From Macrostomum hystrix (lineage: Eukaryota > Animalia > Platyhelminthes), in contig CATNEN010000038.1 of NCBI GenBank assembly GCA_950097015.1, forward strand, positions 9,982,001 through 10,046,000: DNA of 64,000 bases. Direction: 5' to 3'. Shown piece by piece: positions 26,001 to 37,300 of this stretch. How positions within the stretch are numbered: position 1 is the stretch's first letter; every line of letters starts with the position of its first letter. The position numbers were made by a program, and so were the translations under genes. The notes beneath the pieces were generated by a model. It was not told where the DNA came from. It saw nothing but the letters and a program-made list of their open reading frames with translations, and did not search any database.

Positions 26001-26395
26001 CCCTCGTAGGCGGCCTCACTGTGAAACCAGTCCTTCAGCGGAGTCTTCGCCAGCTGGTAGATGTAGCTTAACAGGTTGGCCAGGCTCAGAATCGACCGCT
26101 GCGACGCCTCGAAGCCGTCGTAGGCCGGCTGAACCCGGTCTGCCGGACTGTCCGACTGGAAGTTGGCCAGCGAGTAGCGCCCGAAGTTGTCCCGGCACAC
26201 CAGGCTATTGTTGCTCTCGACGTCCTTCACAAAGCGGACGATGGCGGAGAAGCGGTCGCCGCGCTCGAACTCGCGCCTGTACGGCTCCGGCATCTCGCTG
26301 AGGCCCGGGTAGGCGGCTTCGGCCTGCCGCTTAGTTGCTAGTAGCAACGGCAGCAGCAGCAGCAGCAGCAGGAGGGGCCTAGTCTTGATCGGCAT
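8492..26395 (-). CDS. Class C orphan GPCR, GPR158/GPR179/Smog family (860 aa)
   Basis: Exons 25518-26395, 23136-23250, 21888-22208, 20937-21005, 20709-20818, 17749-18035, 17512-17650, 16463-16568, 14883-15053, 14220-14332 and 8492-8765 total 2583 nt in frame. Domains: signal peptide; Cache-like ectodomain (GFWGPPVFLC...WLVSYAVPF); Cys-rich region (INQC...C...CSHIPGRGF...FDCKC...CSPC); 7TM (WLREIGFAVTYGTLLVKIYR, RKAHRVHVRDRDLLKYL, HMTVTVTAALVIGPR); tail MNPEDIRAELKRLYTQLEIFKTKVMRKENPHISKRKGGRKQTHRRFSLQ. Confidence 0.92.
8895..9090 (-). mobile_element. Degenerate SINE family A copy
   Basis: TGAGCACAC...CTGTACGCAGGCACA...GGTTGGCCCTCAAGGGCG matches the 62321-62643 copy. Confidence 0.65.
9981..10872 (-). 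mobile_element. Non-autonomous, internally deleted IS630-Tc1-mariner DNA transposon
   Basis: Near-perfect TIRs of about 150 bp (9981-10131 / 10720-10872) with TA flanks at 9979-9980 and 10873-10874. The interior encodes a C-terminal DDE fragment. Confidence 0.9.
10257..10670 (-). pseudogene. Transposase remnant (C-terminal half of a DDE_3-type domain)
   Basis: TQQRFQEFLDHLADRCHQLDPTGNRKF, then a frameshift, then MDGPNFH...LPPYSQFLNPTEFTNSALK, matching the MDNA.FH...LPPYSP.LNPIE..FS.LK signature. Confidence 0.85.
11045..11343 (-). mobile_element. SINE family A copy
   Basis: Tail, body and tRNA-like head (GGAATCGAACTTAGGGACC...CCGCTCTGCCACTCACCCCC on +) are collinear with 62321-62643. Confidence 0.85.
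12621..13418. mobile_element. Non-autonomous DNA transposon with 8-bp TSD (P/hAT-like ends)
   Basis: TSD ATTTCTAC at 12613-12620 and 13419-13426; degenerate TIRs TTAGGACCACTAGGAGAAGAA / TTCTGCTCCTAGTAGTCCTTT, related to the 54-bp element at 48485. Confidence 0.7.
13430..13572 (-). mobile_element. Degenerate, deleted SINE family B copy
   Basis: B-box GGTTCAATTCC on the - strand and the tail GCCGACAGCACAGCCGTAGCTATT are shared with 32500-32762. Confidence 0.6.
14345..14585 (-). mobile_element. SINE family A copy with (ATT)n tail
   Basis: GCCCATTTCGCTAACTCCTGAGCACAC...GGAATCGAGCTCAGGGA on +, with (AAT)n at 14353-14376. Confidence 0.8.
14607..14852 (+). mobile_element. SINE family A copy, inverted relative to the 14345-14585 copy
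   Basis: GAGGTCCCTGAGCTCGATT...GCTCAGGAGTCAGCGAAATGGGCAG...CCCGCAGCCCTCCTGCAATT. Confidence 0.85.
15250..16222. repeat. About 17-bp pyrimidine-rich tandem repeat (TGTCTCATCTCTCCYS) in a GPCR intron
   Basis: Read directly; source of the Ser/Leu/Pro ORFs. Confidence 0.95.
16826..17023. repeat. Two (CTG)n microsatellites
   Basis: Intronic runs at about 16826-16858 and 16988-17023. Confidence 0.9.
18650..18830. repeat. 11-bp tandem repeat (TCTTCCTCATG)
   Basis: Read directly. Confidence 0.85.
19907..20153 (+). mobile_element. tRNA-derived SINE family B with CORE-like central domain
   Basis: A box TAGTGGTTAGAGCG and B box GGTTCGATTCC, followed by TGTGTCCTT...GACACTTTACTCT...TTCAGTTCACCCAGCTGTTAAAT. 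The tail is shared with 32500-32762. Confidence 0.85.
20203..20700. repeat. 15/16-bp repeat with a homogenised 31-bp dimer core (GTATGTTTGTACACATTAAGGATTGTGCACA)
   Basis: Read directly; the array ends about 8 nt from the splice donor at 20708. Confidence 0.93.
21030..21870. repeat. 15-bp satellite (GGATTCGGAGAATYG) filling a GPCR intron
   Basis: Read directly; contains a 253-bp internal duplication. Confidence 0.96.
22800..23022 (+). mobile_element. SINE family A copy, truncated at both ends
   Basis: AAGGTCCCTGAGCTCGATTCCGCGACGAGGCCAC...GAGAAAGCCAGGGCAGATGTAC. Confidence 0.85.
23305..25486. repeat. 40-41 bp satellite (CAGGTGCTGTAATAGACCAACCATCCACCCCATTCCACGCA) filling GPCR intron 1
   Basis: Read directly; shows a 609-bp higher-order period. 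Confidence 0.97.
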
Positions 26396-29300
26396 GTTCT
26401 GTCAAGCTCTGCGCTGCTTGTGTGGATTGGAACTGCGCGGCGGAGCGGGCCGGATGTCGCCTGTGAATTTCGGTCTACCCGCAGGTCCCGTCCGTGTCTG
26501 ATTATCTCTGCCCGCGTGTCTCGAGCCTGCGCCTGCCCGCAGCCTTTCCGGCTTTTATCGCTGCCTCCCGGACCAGCCGATCAAGGATTGGACTGCGGCG
26601 CCTGGGTGGGGGCAGCCGGGCTAAGGGAAGGGCTGGGAAGAAAAATTAAGGATGGGAAAGTGGGTCCTGGGCAGGAAAGAGGATAAATGTGTGAATAATC
26701 TTCAGGGATTCCTTGTCAGAATCGGGATAAGCCAAAAGCAATGAGTGGGTTGCTTGGATTGGGGGGAATCGTCTGCTAAGGGGAGTAATAAGGAGAGGAT
26801 TTGAAGCGGGGTTGATCTCGGGACACGGCAGAAGGCTGGGAATTAGAACATCGCGAATAGTAGGAAGAGGATCTCGCTGCAGCAGAGTGCCAGGGCAGTT
26901 TCGCGAGCTCTCAATTTTCTCTTCCTTTTTCCCAGCCGCTGCTCGGGGCTCCGAATAGGTTTATATCACGGCAGGCTGCATGAGGATGCGACGGAGCGAG
27001 AGAAGCTAATAGACTGGCTGAAGGCAGCGTTGGGATTTCGTTGGCCCAGCTGGGAAATATGCGACAGAGGAGGATATATTAAGTTTTATTTGAGTGCTGA
27101 GAACTGCAACGACACAAGAGAGTGGGGGTGGGAGGAGCGGAGGGACATATGAGACTTGCGTGCGCCCGCGGTCGCACGGGAAGCGAGGTGGCCGTATTGG
27201 GAATATTTTTGTGAGAATGCCAGTCGGCAATGAAGTCTATAAGCGAGGGAGCGACAGAGAGGGAGAGAGGAAGAACGAGGAAGTTGAGGTTGCAGCGGGA
27301 CACGGACGCTTTTGGGGACGCCAGGATGAGGTGGGGGTGGGGGTACTTTTTCTTCTCTGTCATTCAGCTAGGAGTTCAGGCAGACGGCGCCACCCTTCCC
27401 TCCGTGTGGAGCGCGTGCGCTTGAGCGGAGGACGCTTTTCTCAGGTCCAGAAAAGACGGCTCTCTGAATTGGGTTGTTTGCTCTGCTAGACTGTCGAAGG
27501 CGACACCAGGTAAACTAAACACGCTTCTGCAGGCGCGGCAATATGCCATGCGAAGGCTTGTCTGAATAGGTTGACCCGATGGCTGTCTGTATGGCTTATC
27601 GCGTGTGTTGCAGCGGCGAGCTGTGAACTAGATCTGTAAAGTACTATAAATTTATTCTGCCGATTTTACCGCTTATACTCTCTACCTTGTCGAATTAGCC
27701 TGAGAAAAAAAGCTGTGTGCTTTTCACTTCAAACCTAATCCGAAGACTACGAGTTATTTTAGTGAATAAGTACTAAATAACTACAGTTTGTTTTCAAGTC
27801 AACTTTTCGTTGCCTTTAGTTCACAAAGTGTTTGTTCAAATGAGTGCAGGTTTAACGCCACTTTACTATATTTTGCGCGTATATCGGGCATAGTAAAAAA
27901 CTTTTGTTTTACAAGGCGGCTAAAGTTCAAAGAAAAAACCAAACAATTATGACAACAATTTATTTGCCCCCACGTATTCAACTTTAGAGTTTTTGCCTGG
28001 TGACCGTCGGAAAAACGAGTAGAAGGTCAAGGATTTAGTTCCGCCCAGAAAGATCAACTAGAAATGCTAATTTTTTTCTAGTATTTTACTATTATATAGT
28101 ATCTGTGGCTCCATTGCTACAGGACGAAACACTTTTCGTCCTGTAGCAATGAAAGACTAATTATTGATTTTAGACTTTTAGTTCAACCCAGCTGTTTGAG
28201 TACAAGTATTAGCTTGAGTAATTGAAGAGAGATCATCCAGTCAACGGTCTGTGGCTTTGCTTTCTGCTGCATATCTTACCCGATATTATAAGAATTTTGT
28301 TTAAAATCAACATTTAAAATACATTTGTAAAATAATAGCAATAAGATGTTCGGTTTATCATAAAGTATTATTCCGTGGCAGAGTTATTTTAAACTGTCTC
28401 GCATCCCAGCTATTCGAGAATCGTTTTGACAGCATCAAAAGCGCTCAAGAAAGATACAGCTTACATTATTTTTATTATGCATTGATGCTGCCGTCCCTGG
28501 AGAGTAAGACGATTTTCGTCTATCATATAAACAAAATGTGACTTCTTTTCTTGCTTTATTAACCGCCATTAGAGTAGCTAGTGTAAATTTTCACAAATAT
28601 TTAGAATAAAAATATACGTTGTTTGCAGAAAGACAGACAGGCCGATTTTTTTGTTATCGTGTCGACGCATAGATTTAAAATGCTTCCACACAGTTTCTTT
28701 TTAAAAGTAACACGTCAATTGTTCGTCAACAAGGAACTAAAAAGGAACCGAAGTTTGCTTACTTTTCATCATTTTTACGGTGTCTTATAATATCTTACAT
28801 TGCTACAGATTTTGAATTAGAAAAACATGTATATTTTTTCAATGCAATTTCGATAAAAATATCTATACTTGGTTACTGCTGTGCATACCCCAGGTTTTGT
28901 CTATTATATTTTGTAAGTCGCACCTATACTATGTAGCTAGTCTATTTATAATATACAGTGTAATTATCTTAGCTACCTCTGTTTATATAAAAGCAATATG
29001 CCAGATCTATAAGCACAATGGACATACAAGCTACATAATTAGACCACCTAGCTTTTTAATGCATATTAGCCTTTAAAAAGCTATTTATTCGGTTTCATTA
29101 TTATTCTTATCTGAATTTATAAAATTATATTCCATGTCATGACCTGCACCCTAATTACTACAGACACGGATGGCTATTATTTAGTAATCTTATGTAAAGG
29201 TCATAGTTTCATTAGCTAGGTACTATGATTGATGAATTAAAAATAAAAAACTATAAACTTGCCTATCTCAATGTATAACTTTTAAGTATGGCGACAGTTA

Positions 29301-31349
29301 GCTAAAATAACCAGGTGAGCTAGCTAATCAAGTTCAGTACATAAAAATTGTATATAATATAATGACATAATAGTACAATTTCACACAATAAAAATAATAT
29401 TAATTAATGATAAAAACTACCCCAATTGAACCAGATCTATAGCTGACAACATTTCCACATTACCATAGGGAGGGCCAAGTACATCTGAAGTCTGCATATA
29501 GCTATTCAGTCCATATACTAAGAAACATCATGTGTTCTGGTCGATTTTTCTGTTGCCATCTTCTCTGCAAACAGACAAGTTGACTTATTTTGTAGGCAAT
29601 TAAAATTTATGAGCAGACAAGTTGGCCAACTTGGCCTTGACTTAATTGAGAAGAAATTGTTATAATGTCAGTGTAAGTACATGTTTTATGTGAATGGAAG
29701 ATGTGCATATTTTTTTGTTCTTTGAATAATTTGAATGAATTTGTATATACTTCTTGTCTGCAGTGATGCCCTTACATGCACAAGAGAGAGACTGCTTGCT
29801 AAATAATAAGTCGTGAATATAATAGGTGAGTTAGCTAGAGGAATAAAATATAATGCCAATTGTAATTTGCACAGAAAATCTGATTTGATGGTAGAGGGAA
29901 CAAACCTTTAAAACAAGTCAAATCTTAGGTGTGTTTGAGTGACTAGAATATGTTAAAATGCTATTTTAACCCCTTGTTTATATACAGCAGACTAAAATGA
30001 TGCAGACTAGTAAAGTGGTATCACACAAAGCAATATAACTAGTTTTGTCACTCATACTGAACACAAAATCCTTGTTTTTTTTTCATTTTTGTTCTTAAAC
30101 ATATTAGATGAAAAGTCAAAGTGCCTTTGCTTTACCACCTTTTTAAACAATAAACATTGACATCTCTTACTACATTACAAACCAAAAACCTACATTATTC
30201 AGTTGATATATTGAAAATTATAGCTTTCTAGTGACGTTTTAAAAAAGTAGTTTAAACTTAATTTAGGCCTATAATATATAAGTTGTCTGTGCTTGCTTTT
30301 TCTGTAAGTAGGTAATGCTACAGAATTGCCTATCTGTCATTTAGGTTAGGTATAAAAAAATTAATTTGTAAAACTGAAAAATGGTCTAAATGTTATAGTG
30401 CTATATTTATTATATTTAAAATCCCACCGCTGTTACCAAAGTTGCTACAGGACTCTCTTTAATATTCTCTACTGTAATGTTACACTCTCACTATTATTGT
30501 CTCTACTCTCATTAATACCAACTTCACCTTTTGGTCACTATTAATTACTAGTAGCGCTGCCACCAAGCAGAAGGGACTGCTATCAGAGGAATGTTCCAAA
30601 GATATTCCTTCTTTATATTAGTAAAGGTACTTTTATTTCTCTAGGGTAGCATTTCTCTCTCTTTCTCTTGTACGTGTATATGTGGCCTGAGAGGTATTTT
30701 GGCACCAGTTATACACTCAATCCATCAGGGGTACCTGTGGATTAGAGGGTCACAGCAATACGCCCTTAAACACCTTTGGATGGACTCCAAATTCGGGTAT
30801 TACTCTCTGAAAGTACTTCTTTGGGAATTACTCTGGTTATCCTCTGAATATCCTATTCAGGTCAACTGTTTATATATCCTCTGAACTCTCTTGTTCAGAT
30901 AAATCTTTCTCCTTCTCTGAACACTCTGTACACTTATTTTTAAGGAAAGTTGTCCCAAAGGCACATGAGGGTTTTTATTTTCCACTCTAAAAACCCTCTG
31001 TTTATATAGTATTTTATTTACGATTATATACAAAACTTTTATTACAAAAATATATTTTAGATAGTGCTTATTTAAACAATTTTTTTTGAGAAAATATTTT
31101 TACAATTTTAACAAATTTACTCCGAAAATATTCGTTGGATTATTATAACTTGCTAATAATTATTATTTGCATGAATTGAACTTGTAAAGAATTAATATTT
31201 TAGAGGCATATTAAATAAAGATAAAAAATTGTAAAGGCTGCAATAGAAAAATACTATAAGTGCTGTTTTGAGTTGCTGTTGTGGAAATTTATTAAACACA
31301 AACATGATTTTTTTACTTTTTCAGTTACTGGAGAAAAGTTTATTAAAAA

Positions 31350-34300
31350 ATGGCAACATTTGAAGCGCACAAGTGTCCCACTGATGAACTATCTCTGACA
31401 AATCAGCTTTTCTTTCATCCTGAAGATGTCCAAATAGCCACTACTCAGTAGGTTAATTATATTTCTTAATTTTTTATTACTATGAAGTTTTTATTGTCTG
31501 GCTACTTTTTGCACTTGTAATTTTTAGGCACCTGGTGCTGCAGTGTGGCAAGGGAGACTTTGTCTTCATGCTAGGTACCAGTCCCAAGATGGAGAAGGGC
31601 ACCATTGGTTTTAGCCTTATCCAGGTAAACCAGAGCTTGCTTTCTGGCTGAAAATGAGCGTTTCTTTTTACAAATGATTAGAAAAGTATAATTTTTTTAT
31701 CTAAAAGTACACCTGAAAATAAAAATTTACAGCGCCGCTGGACTGGTGTTAGCATTGGCGAGAAAGTGTGCGTGAAATTCTCCCACAAATTCGATGTTCG
31801 TCGATCTACCATTGCAAATCTGCTAGTCGAAGCGGATTTTCTCATGAAAAAGAAGTGAGTGCAAGAAGCTATCGTGTAAATATTTAAATTTTGCTAAGAT
31901 ATTTTCAATGGTATGGTGGCGTAAAGACGGCATGTCATTACGGAAATGCTTTTATGGAAATGTCGTTATATGTCCGGGTTTGACCTTGTCTTTTTGAATT
32001 GTTTGTTATTTTTCCGGATTTGACGTTACTTTTTTTCCGGATTTACCCACGATTTCCTTCGAGTTTTTTATCGTAAAAAAGTAACTGCTAGTGAAGTGTC
32101 TTTTATAAATAAACTTTCAGTGCCACTAACGATCCGTACAATACGGACGATATGCGAGTGGAGTTCACGCAGTGCTTTCCTCAGATGCCGCTTACAGTTG
32201 GCCAGGAGCTAGTGTTCAAATACAAGGATAAGAAGCACCTGCTGCTGCGAGTGAAAGAACTGGAACTGCTTCTCCCCGACGGAAGAACTGAGGCAGCCAA
32301 GATTGGCGTTGTGTCCGGCAACACAATTGTCACGTTTGAGAAGCTGAGCGCTGACTCACCGCTTGCACTAACTGGCAAGGCCAAGGGTAAACAGGTTAGT
32401 AGCTTCAGTAGCAACTGTTAGGAACTTTATTGTTCCGTCTAGAATATTGGTGCTCTGGCAAAATTTTTTTTCCACCAAGAGTGTTGGTGTTGGTGCCCCC
32501 AATTGGGTCAGATGTGCAGCCGACAGCACGGCCGCAGCTATTGCGCAGCGCATCTGAAGGCTGCGTACGGCTGTGTCCATGGACTGGGGGACGCCACACC
32601 CACCCTCAATTATCCCAACTAATGCTGGTACGCATTTAACAGCTGGGTGTACTGAAGCAATGCAGAGTTAAGTGTCTTGCTTAAGGACACAAGTTGTTCC
32701 AATGGAGTCAGGAATTGAACCCCCGACCTTCAAATCTCGAGTCCGACGCTCTAACCACTTGCCTATTTCTAAATCCATATCCCGCTATCGTTCGCAGGTG
32801 TACCAGTCCATCATCAACCCGGATTGGAACTTCAGCATGATGGGCATCGGCGGCCTAGACAAAGAATTCAGCGACATCTTTCGTCGCACATTTGCGTCGA
32901 GAATTTTCCCGCCGGATCTGGTTGAGCAGCTGGGCATGTCGCATGTTCGCGGCCTGCTATTGTACGGCCCGCCCGGCACAGGCAAGACTCTGATGGCCCG
33001 ACAGATTGGCAAGATGCTGAATGCCCGCGAGCCCAAGATAGTCAACGGCCCGTCAATTCTAGACAAGTATGTAGGCGAGAGCGAGTCCAAGATTCGCCAG
33101 CTATTCGCCGAGGCCGAGGAGGAATTCAAGCGGGTCGGCAATAATTCGGCCCTGCATATTATCATATTCGACGAGATTGATGCCATCTGCAAGACTAGAG
33201 GCTCCGTTGGTGGCGGCACCCAGGTCTGTGCGGCTGCGAATACTGTCAGGACCATTGGTCCTTTAAACTGCTTCTAGGAATGTTTTGCTAGATGTGGTCA
33301 TTGTCATTTGCTTACTTTATTACCCAGGAGGCAATTCTGCCCATTTCGCTGATTCTGACATCTGCCATGACTTTCTTATCGTCAGGCAGTGTACACTGTG
33401 CGTCCATTAATCATACAGTCTATCAATCAAGCAACAAATATTGATTATTTTTTTATGAAAAATACTTAAAGAACTAGTCAATCAATATTTATATTGAATC
33501 ATTAAATCCATCCATCAATCATACATTTTTTCAATTCAATTAATCATTCAATAAGTTAATCAGTCAGTCAATCACTCAATCAATCAATCAATCAATCAGT
33601 CAGTCAATCACAACATTTAAGCAATTAATCAATCAACCGATAAAAAATGTTCATTTCATCAATCAATCAATCAATCATTAATTTCCCATTCATTTATTCA
33701 ATCAATCAATCAATTCAGGTGCACGACACAGTGGTGAACCAGCTGCTAACCAAGATGGAGGGTGTGGAGCCGCTAAACAACATCCTTGTGATCGGCATGA
33801 CCAATCGCAAGGACATGATCGACGAAGCCCTGCTTAGGCCCGGTCGATTCGAGGTTCAGATGGAAATCAGCCTGCCTGACCAGCATGGCCGGCTGCAGAT
33901 CCTGGAGATTCACACCGGACAGTTGCGCAAGAATGGCAAACTGGCCGACGATGTGGACATCAGAGACTTGGCCCAGCAGACCAAGAATTTCTCCGGAGCT
34001 GAATTGGCTGGCTTAGTCCGCGCCGCTACTGTCACCGCTATGAACCGACTAGTGCAGGTGACTATTGGCTGCTCACCAGCCTTACTGTACCACTGGTCCT
34101 TTGAGTGTGTAGACTTATTGAATCTAGTACCACTGGTCCTTTGAGTGTGTAGACTTATTGAATCTAGTACCACTGGTCCTTCAAGTGTGTAGATTTGTTG
34201 AATCTAGTAGCACTGGTCCTTCAAGTGTGTAGATTTGTTGAATCTAGTACCACTGGTCCTTCAAGTGTGTAGATGTGTTGAATCTAGTACCACTGGACCT

Positions 34301-37300
34301 TCAAGTGTGTAGATTTGTTGAATCTAGTACCACTGGACCTTTAAGTGTGTCATGTTGTTCTAATACCGCTCATCCATTGCCTCAGGCCTCGGACACTGTC
34401 AGACTGGATCCAGACGCTGTTGATCGTCTGCTTGTTCAGCGCGCCGATTTCGCTCACGCGTTAGAGCACGACGTTAAAGCGGCCTTCGGCACCCAGGAGG
34501 AGGAGCTGGATCGCTACATCACCGGCGATATCATCGACTGGGGCGAACCTGTCCGTCACGTGCTGCAGAACGGCAGCTTGGCCACCAGGGCCGCCAGGGC
34601 CGAGGCTGAGCAGAGCCTTGACAGCGGCCGGCCAGTAGCTCTGCTGCTTGAGGGACCACAGAATAGCGGTGAGTTGACAACTGGAGACATTAGGAAACTC
34701 AACTCAATGGGAATAATCTTTTGGATTATCGGCGATTTCATAAAATCTATGGGATTATCGATAATCCACTGAAATTATATGGGTTTATCAATAATTAACT
34801 GAAAATTTTTTGCATTGTCGGTGATCTACTAAAATCTATGGCATTATCGATAATCCATAAAAGAAGCGATGGGATTAACGATAATCCACTAAAATCTTAA
34901 GAATTATTAATAATACACTCAAAATAAATGGAATTAAACCTATGGGATTATTGATGACTCACTAATATCCATAGTCCGTCCCTCTTCACCACAGGCAAGA
35001 CCGCACTGGCTGTGCACATCGCCCGCCAATCGGGTTTCTCCTACGTCCGTCTGTGCACTAGCAAGCGCATGATTGGCTACAACGAGGTGGCCAAGTGCCA
35101 GGCTATTAAGCAGCACTTCGACGACGCCCACAAAGCCAAGCAGGCTGTCGTGATTCTGGACGGTCTCGAAGGACTGATCGACTACAGTCCCGTTGGGCCC
35201 AGGTGAGTCTTTGAACTAATAGAATACAGAATAGAAGTTACACCATCAAGTCGTCGGACTCGCGACTTGATGGTCGGGGGTTCAATTCCTGATTCGACAG
35301 AAACAGTCTCCTTCAACCACTTAACTCTGCGTTGCTTCAGTTCGCCTAACTGTTGAATGAGAAGCTGCAATAGTTTGAGTAATTGAGGGTTATGAATTAA
35401 TATGAAACATGAATTAACTATAAATTAAGGGTCTTGATTGTTTCTTTTGCTACAAGTCAACGACGAACGAGCCAAATTGGTTCCTCGCTGGCTGTAGGGT
35501 CCATTGTCACGAAATGATGTGCCATTGCCAACAGCCCCTACTAAAAATAGGTAAAATTTATGATCAACTAAAATCTATGGGATTATCGATGATCCACTAA
35601 AAATGTATTAGATTATCGATGATCCACTAAAATCTATCGGATTATCGATGATCCACTAAAATCTATCGGATTATCGATGATCCACTAAAAATCTATCGGA
35701 TTATCGATGATCCACTAAAAATCTATCGGATTATCGATGATCCACTAAAAATCTATCGGATTATCGATGATCTACTAAAAATCTATCGGATTATCGATGA
35801 TCCACTAAAATCTATCGGATTATCGATGATCTACTAAAAATCTATCGGATTATCGATGATCCACTAAAAATGTATTGGATTATCGATGATCCACTAAAAA
35901 TCTATCGGATTATCGATGATCCACTAAAAATGTATTGAATTATCGATGATCCACTAAAATCTATCGGATTATCGATGATCCACTAAAAATCTATCGGATT
36001 ATCGATGATCCACTAAAAATCTATCGGATTATCGATGATCCACTAAAAATCTATCGGATTATCGATGACCTACTAAAAATCTATCGGATTATCGATGATC
36101 CACTAAAAATCTATCGGATTATCGATGATCTACTAAAAATCTATCGGATTATCGATGATCCACTAAAAATGTATTGGATTATCGATGATCTACTAAAAAT
36201 CTATCGGATTATCGATGATCCACTAAAAATGTATTGGATTATCGATGATCTACTAAAAATCTATCGGATTATCGATGATCCACTAAAAATCTATCGGATT
36301 ATCGATGATCCACTAAAAATGTATTGGATTATCGATGATCCACTAAAAATCTATCGGATTATCGATGATCCACTAAAAATGTATTGAATTATCGATGATC
36401 CACTAAAATCTATCGGATTATCGATGATCCACTAAAAATCTATCGGATTATCGATGATCCACTAAAAATCTATCGGATTATCGATGATCCACTAAAAATC
36501 TATCGGATTATCGATGACCTACTAAAAATCTATCGGATTATCGATGATCCACTAAAAATCTATCGGATTATCGATGATCTACTAAAAATCTATCGGATTA
36601 TCGATGATCCACTAAAAATGTATTGGATTATCGATGATCTACTAAAAATCTATCGGATTATCGATGATCCACTAAAAATGTATTGGATTATCGATGATCT
36701 ACTAAAAATCTATCGGATTATCGATGATCCACTAAAAATCTATCGGATTATCGATGATCCACTAAAAATGTATTGGATTATCGATGATCCACTAAAAATC
36801 TATCGGATTATCGATGATCCACTAAAAATCTATCGGATTATCGATGATCCACTAAAAATCTATCGGATTATCGATGATCCACTAAAAATCTATCGGATTA
36901 TCGATGATCCACTAAAAATCTATCGGATTATCGATGATCTACTAAAAATCTATCGGATTATCGATGATCCACTAAAAATGTATTGGATTATCGATGATCC
37001 ACTAAAAATCTATCGGATTATCGATGATCCACTAAAAATCTATCGGATTATCGATGATCCACTAAAAATGTATTGGATTATCGATGATCCACTAAAAATC
37101 TATCGGATTATCGATGATCCACTAAAAATCTATCGGATTATCGATGATCTACTAAAAATGTATTGGATAATCGATGATCCACTAAAATTTATCGCATTAT
37201 CTAAGGCGTAAAAAAATAAAAAAAGTTAATATTAAAATATTTTGAGTTAATCTACGTATTCGTAATATTCCTAAACCCGTGACAATGTCTAGAATCCTGC

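Noticed and set aside
25655-26071. Antisense ORFs over GC-rich exons (also 32785-33255, 37325-37820, 43561-43875, 61745-62017)
   Set aside because: Shadow frames of real exons on the opposite strand, with no independent motif.
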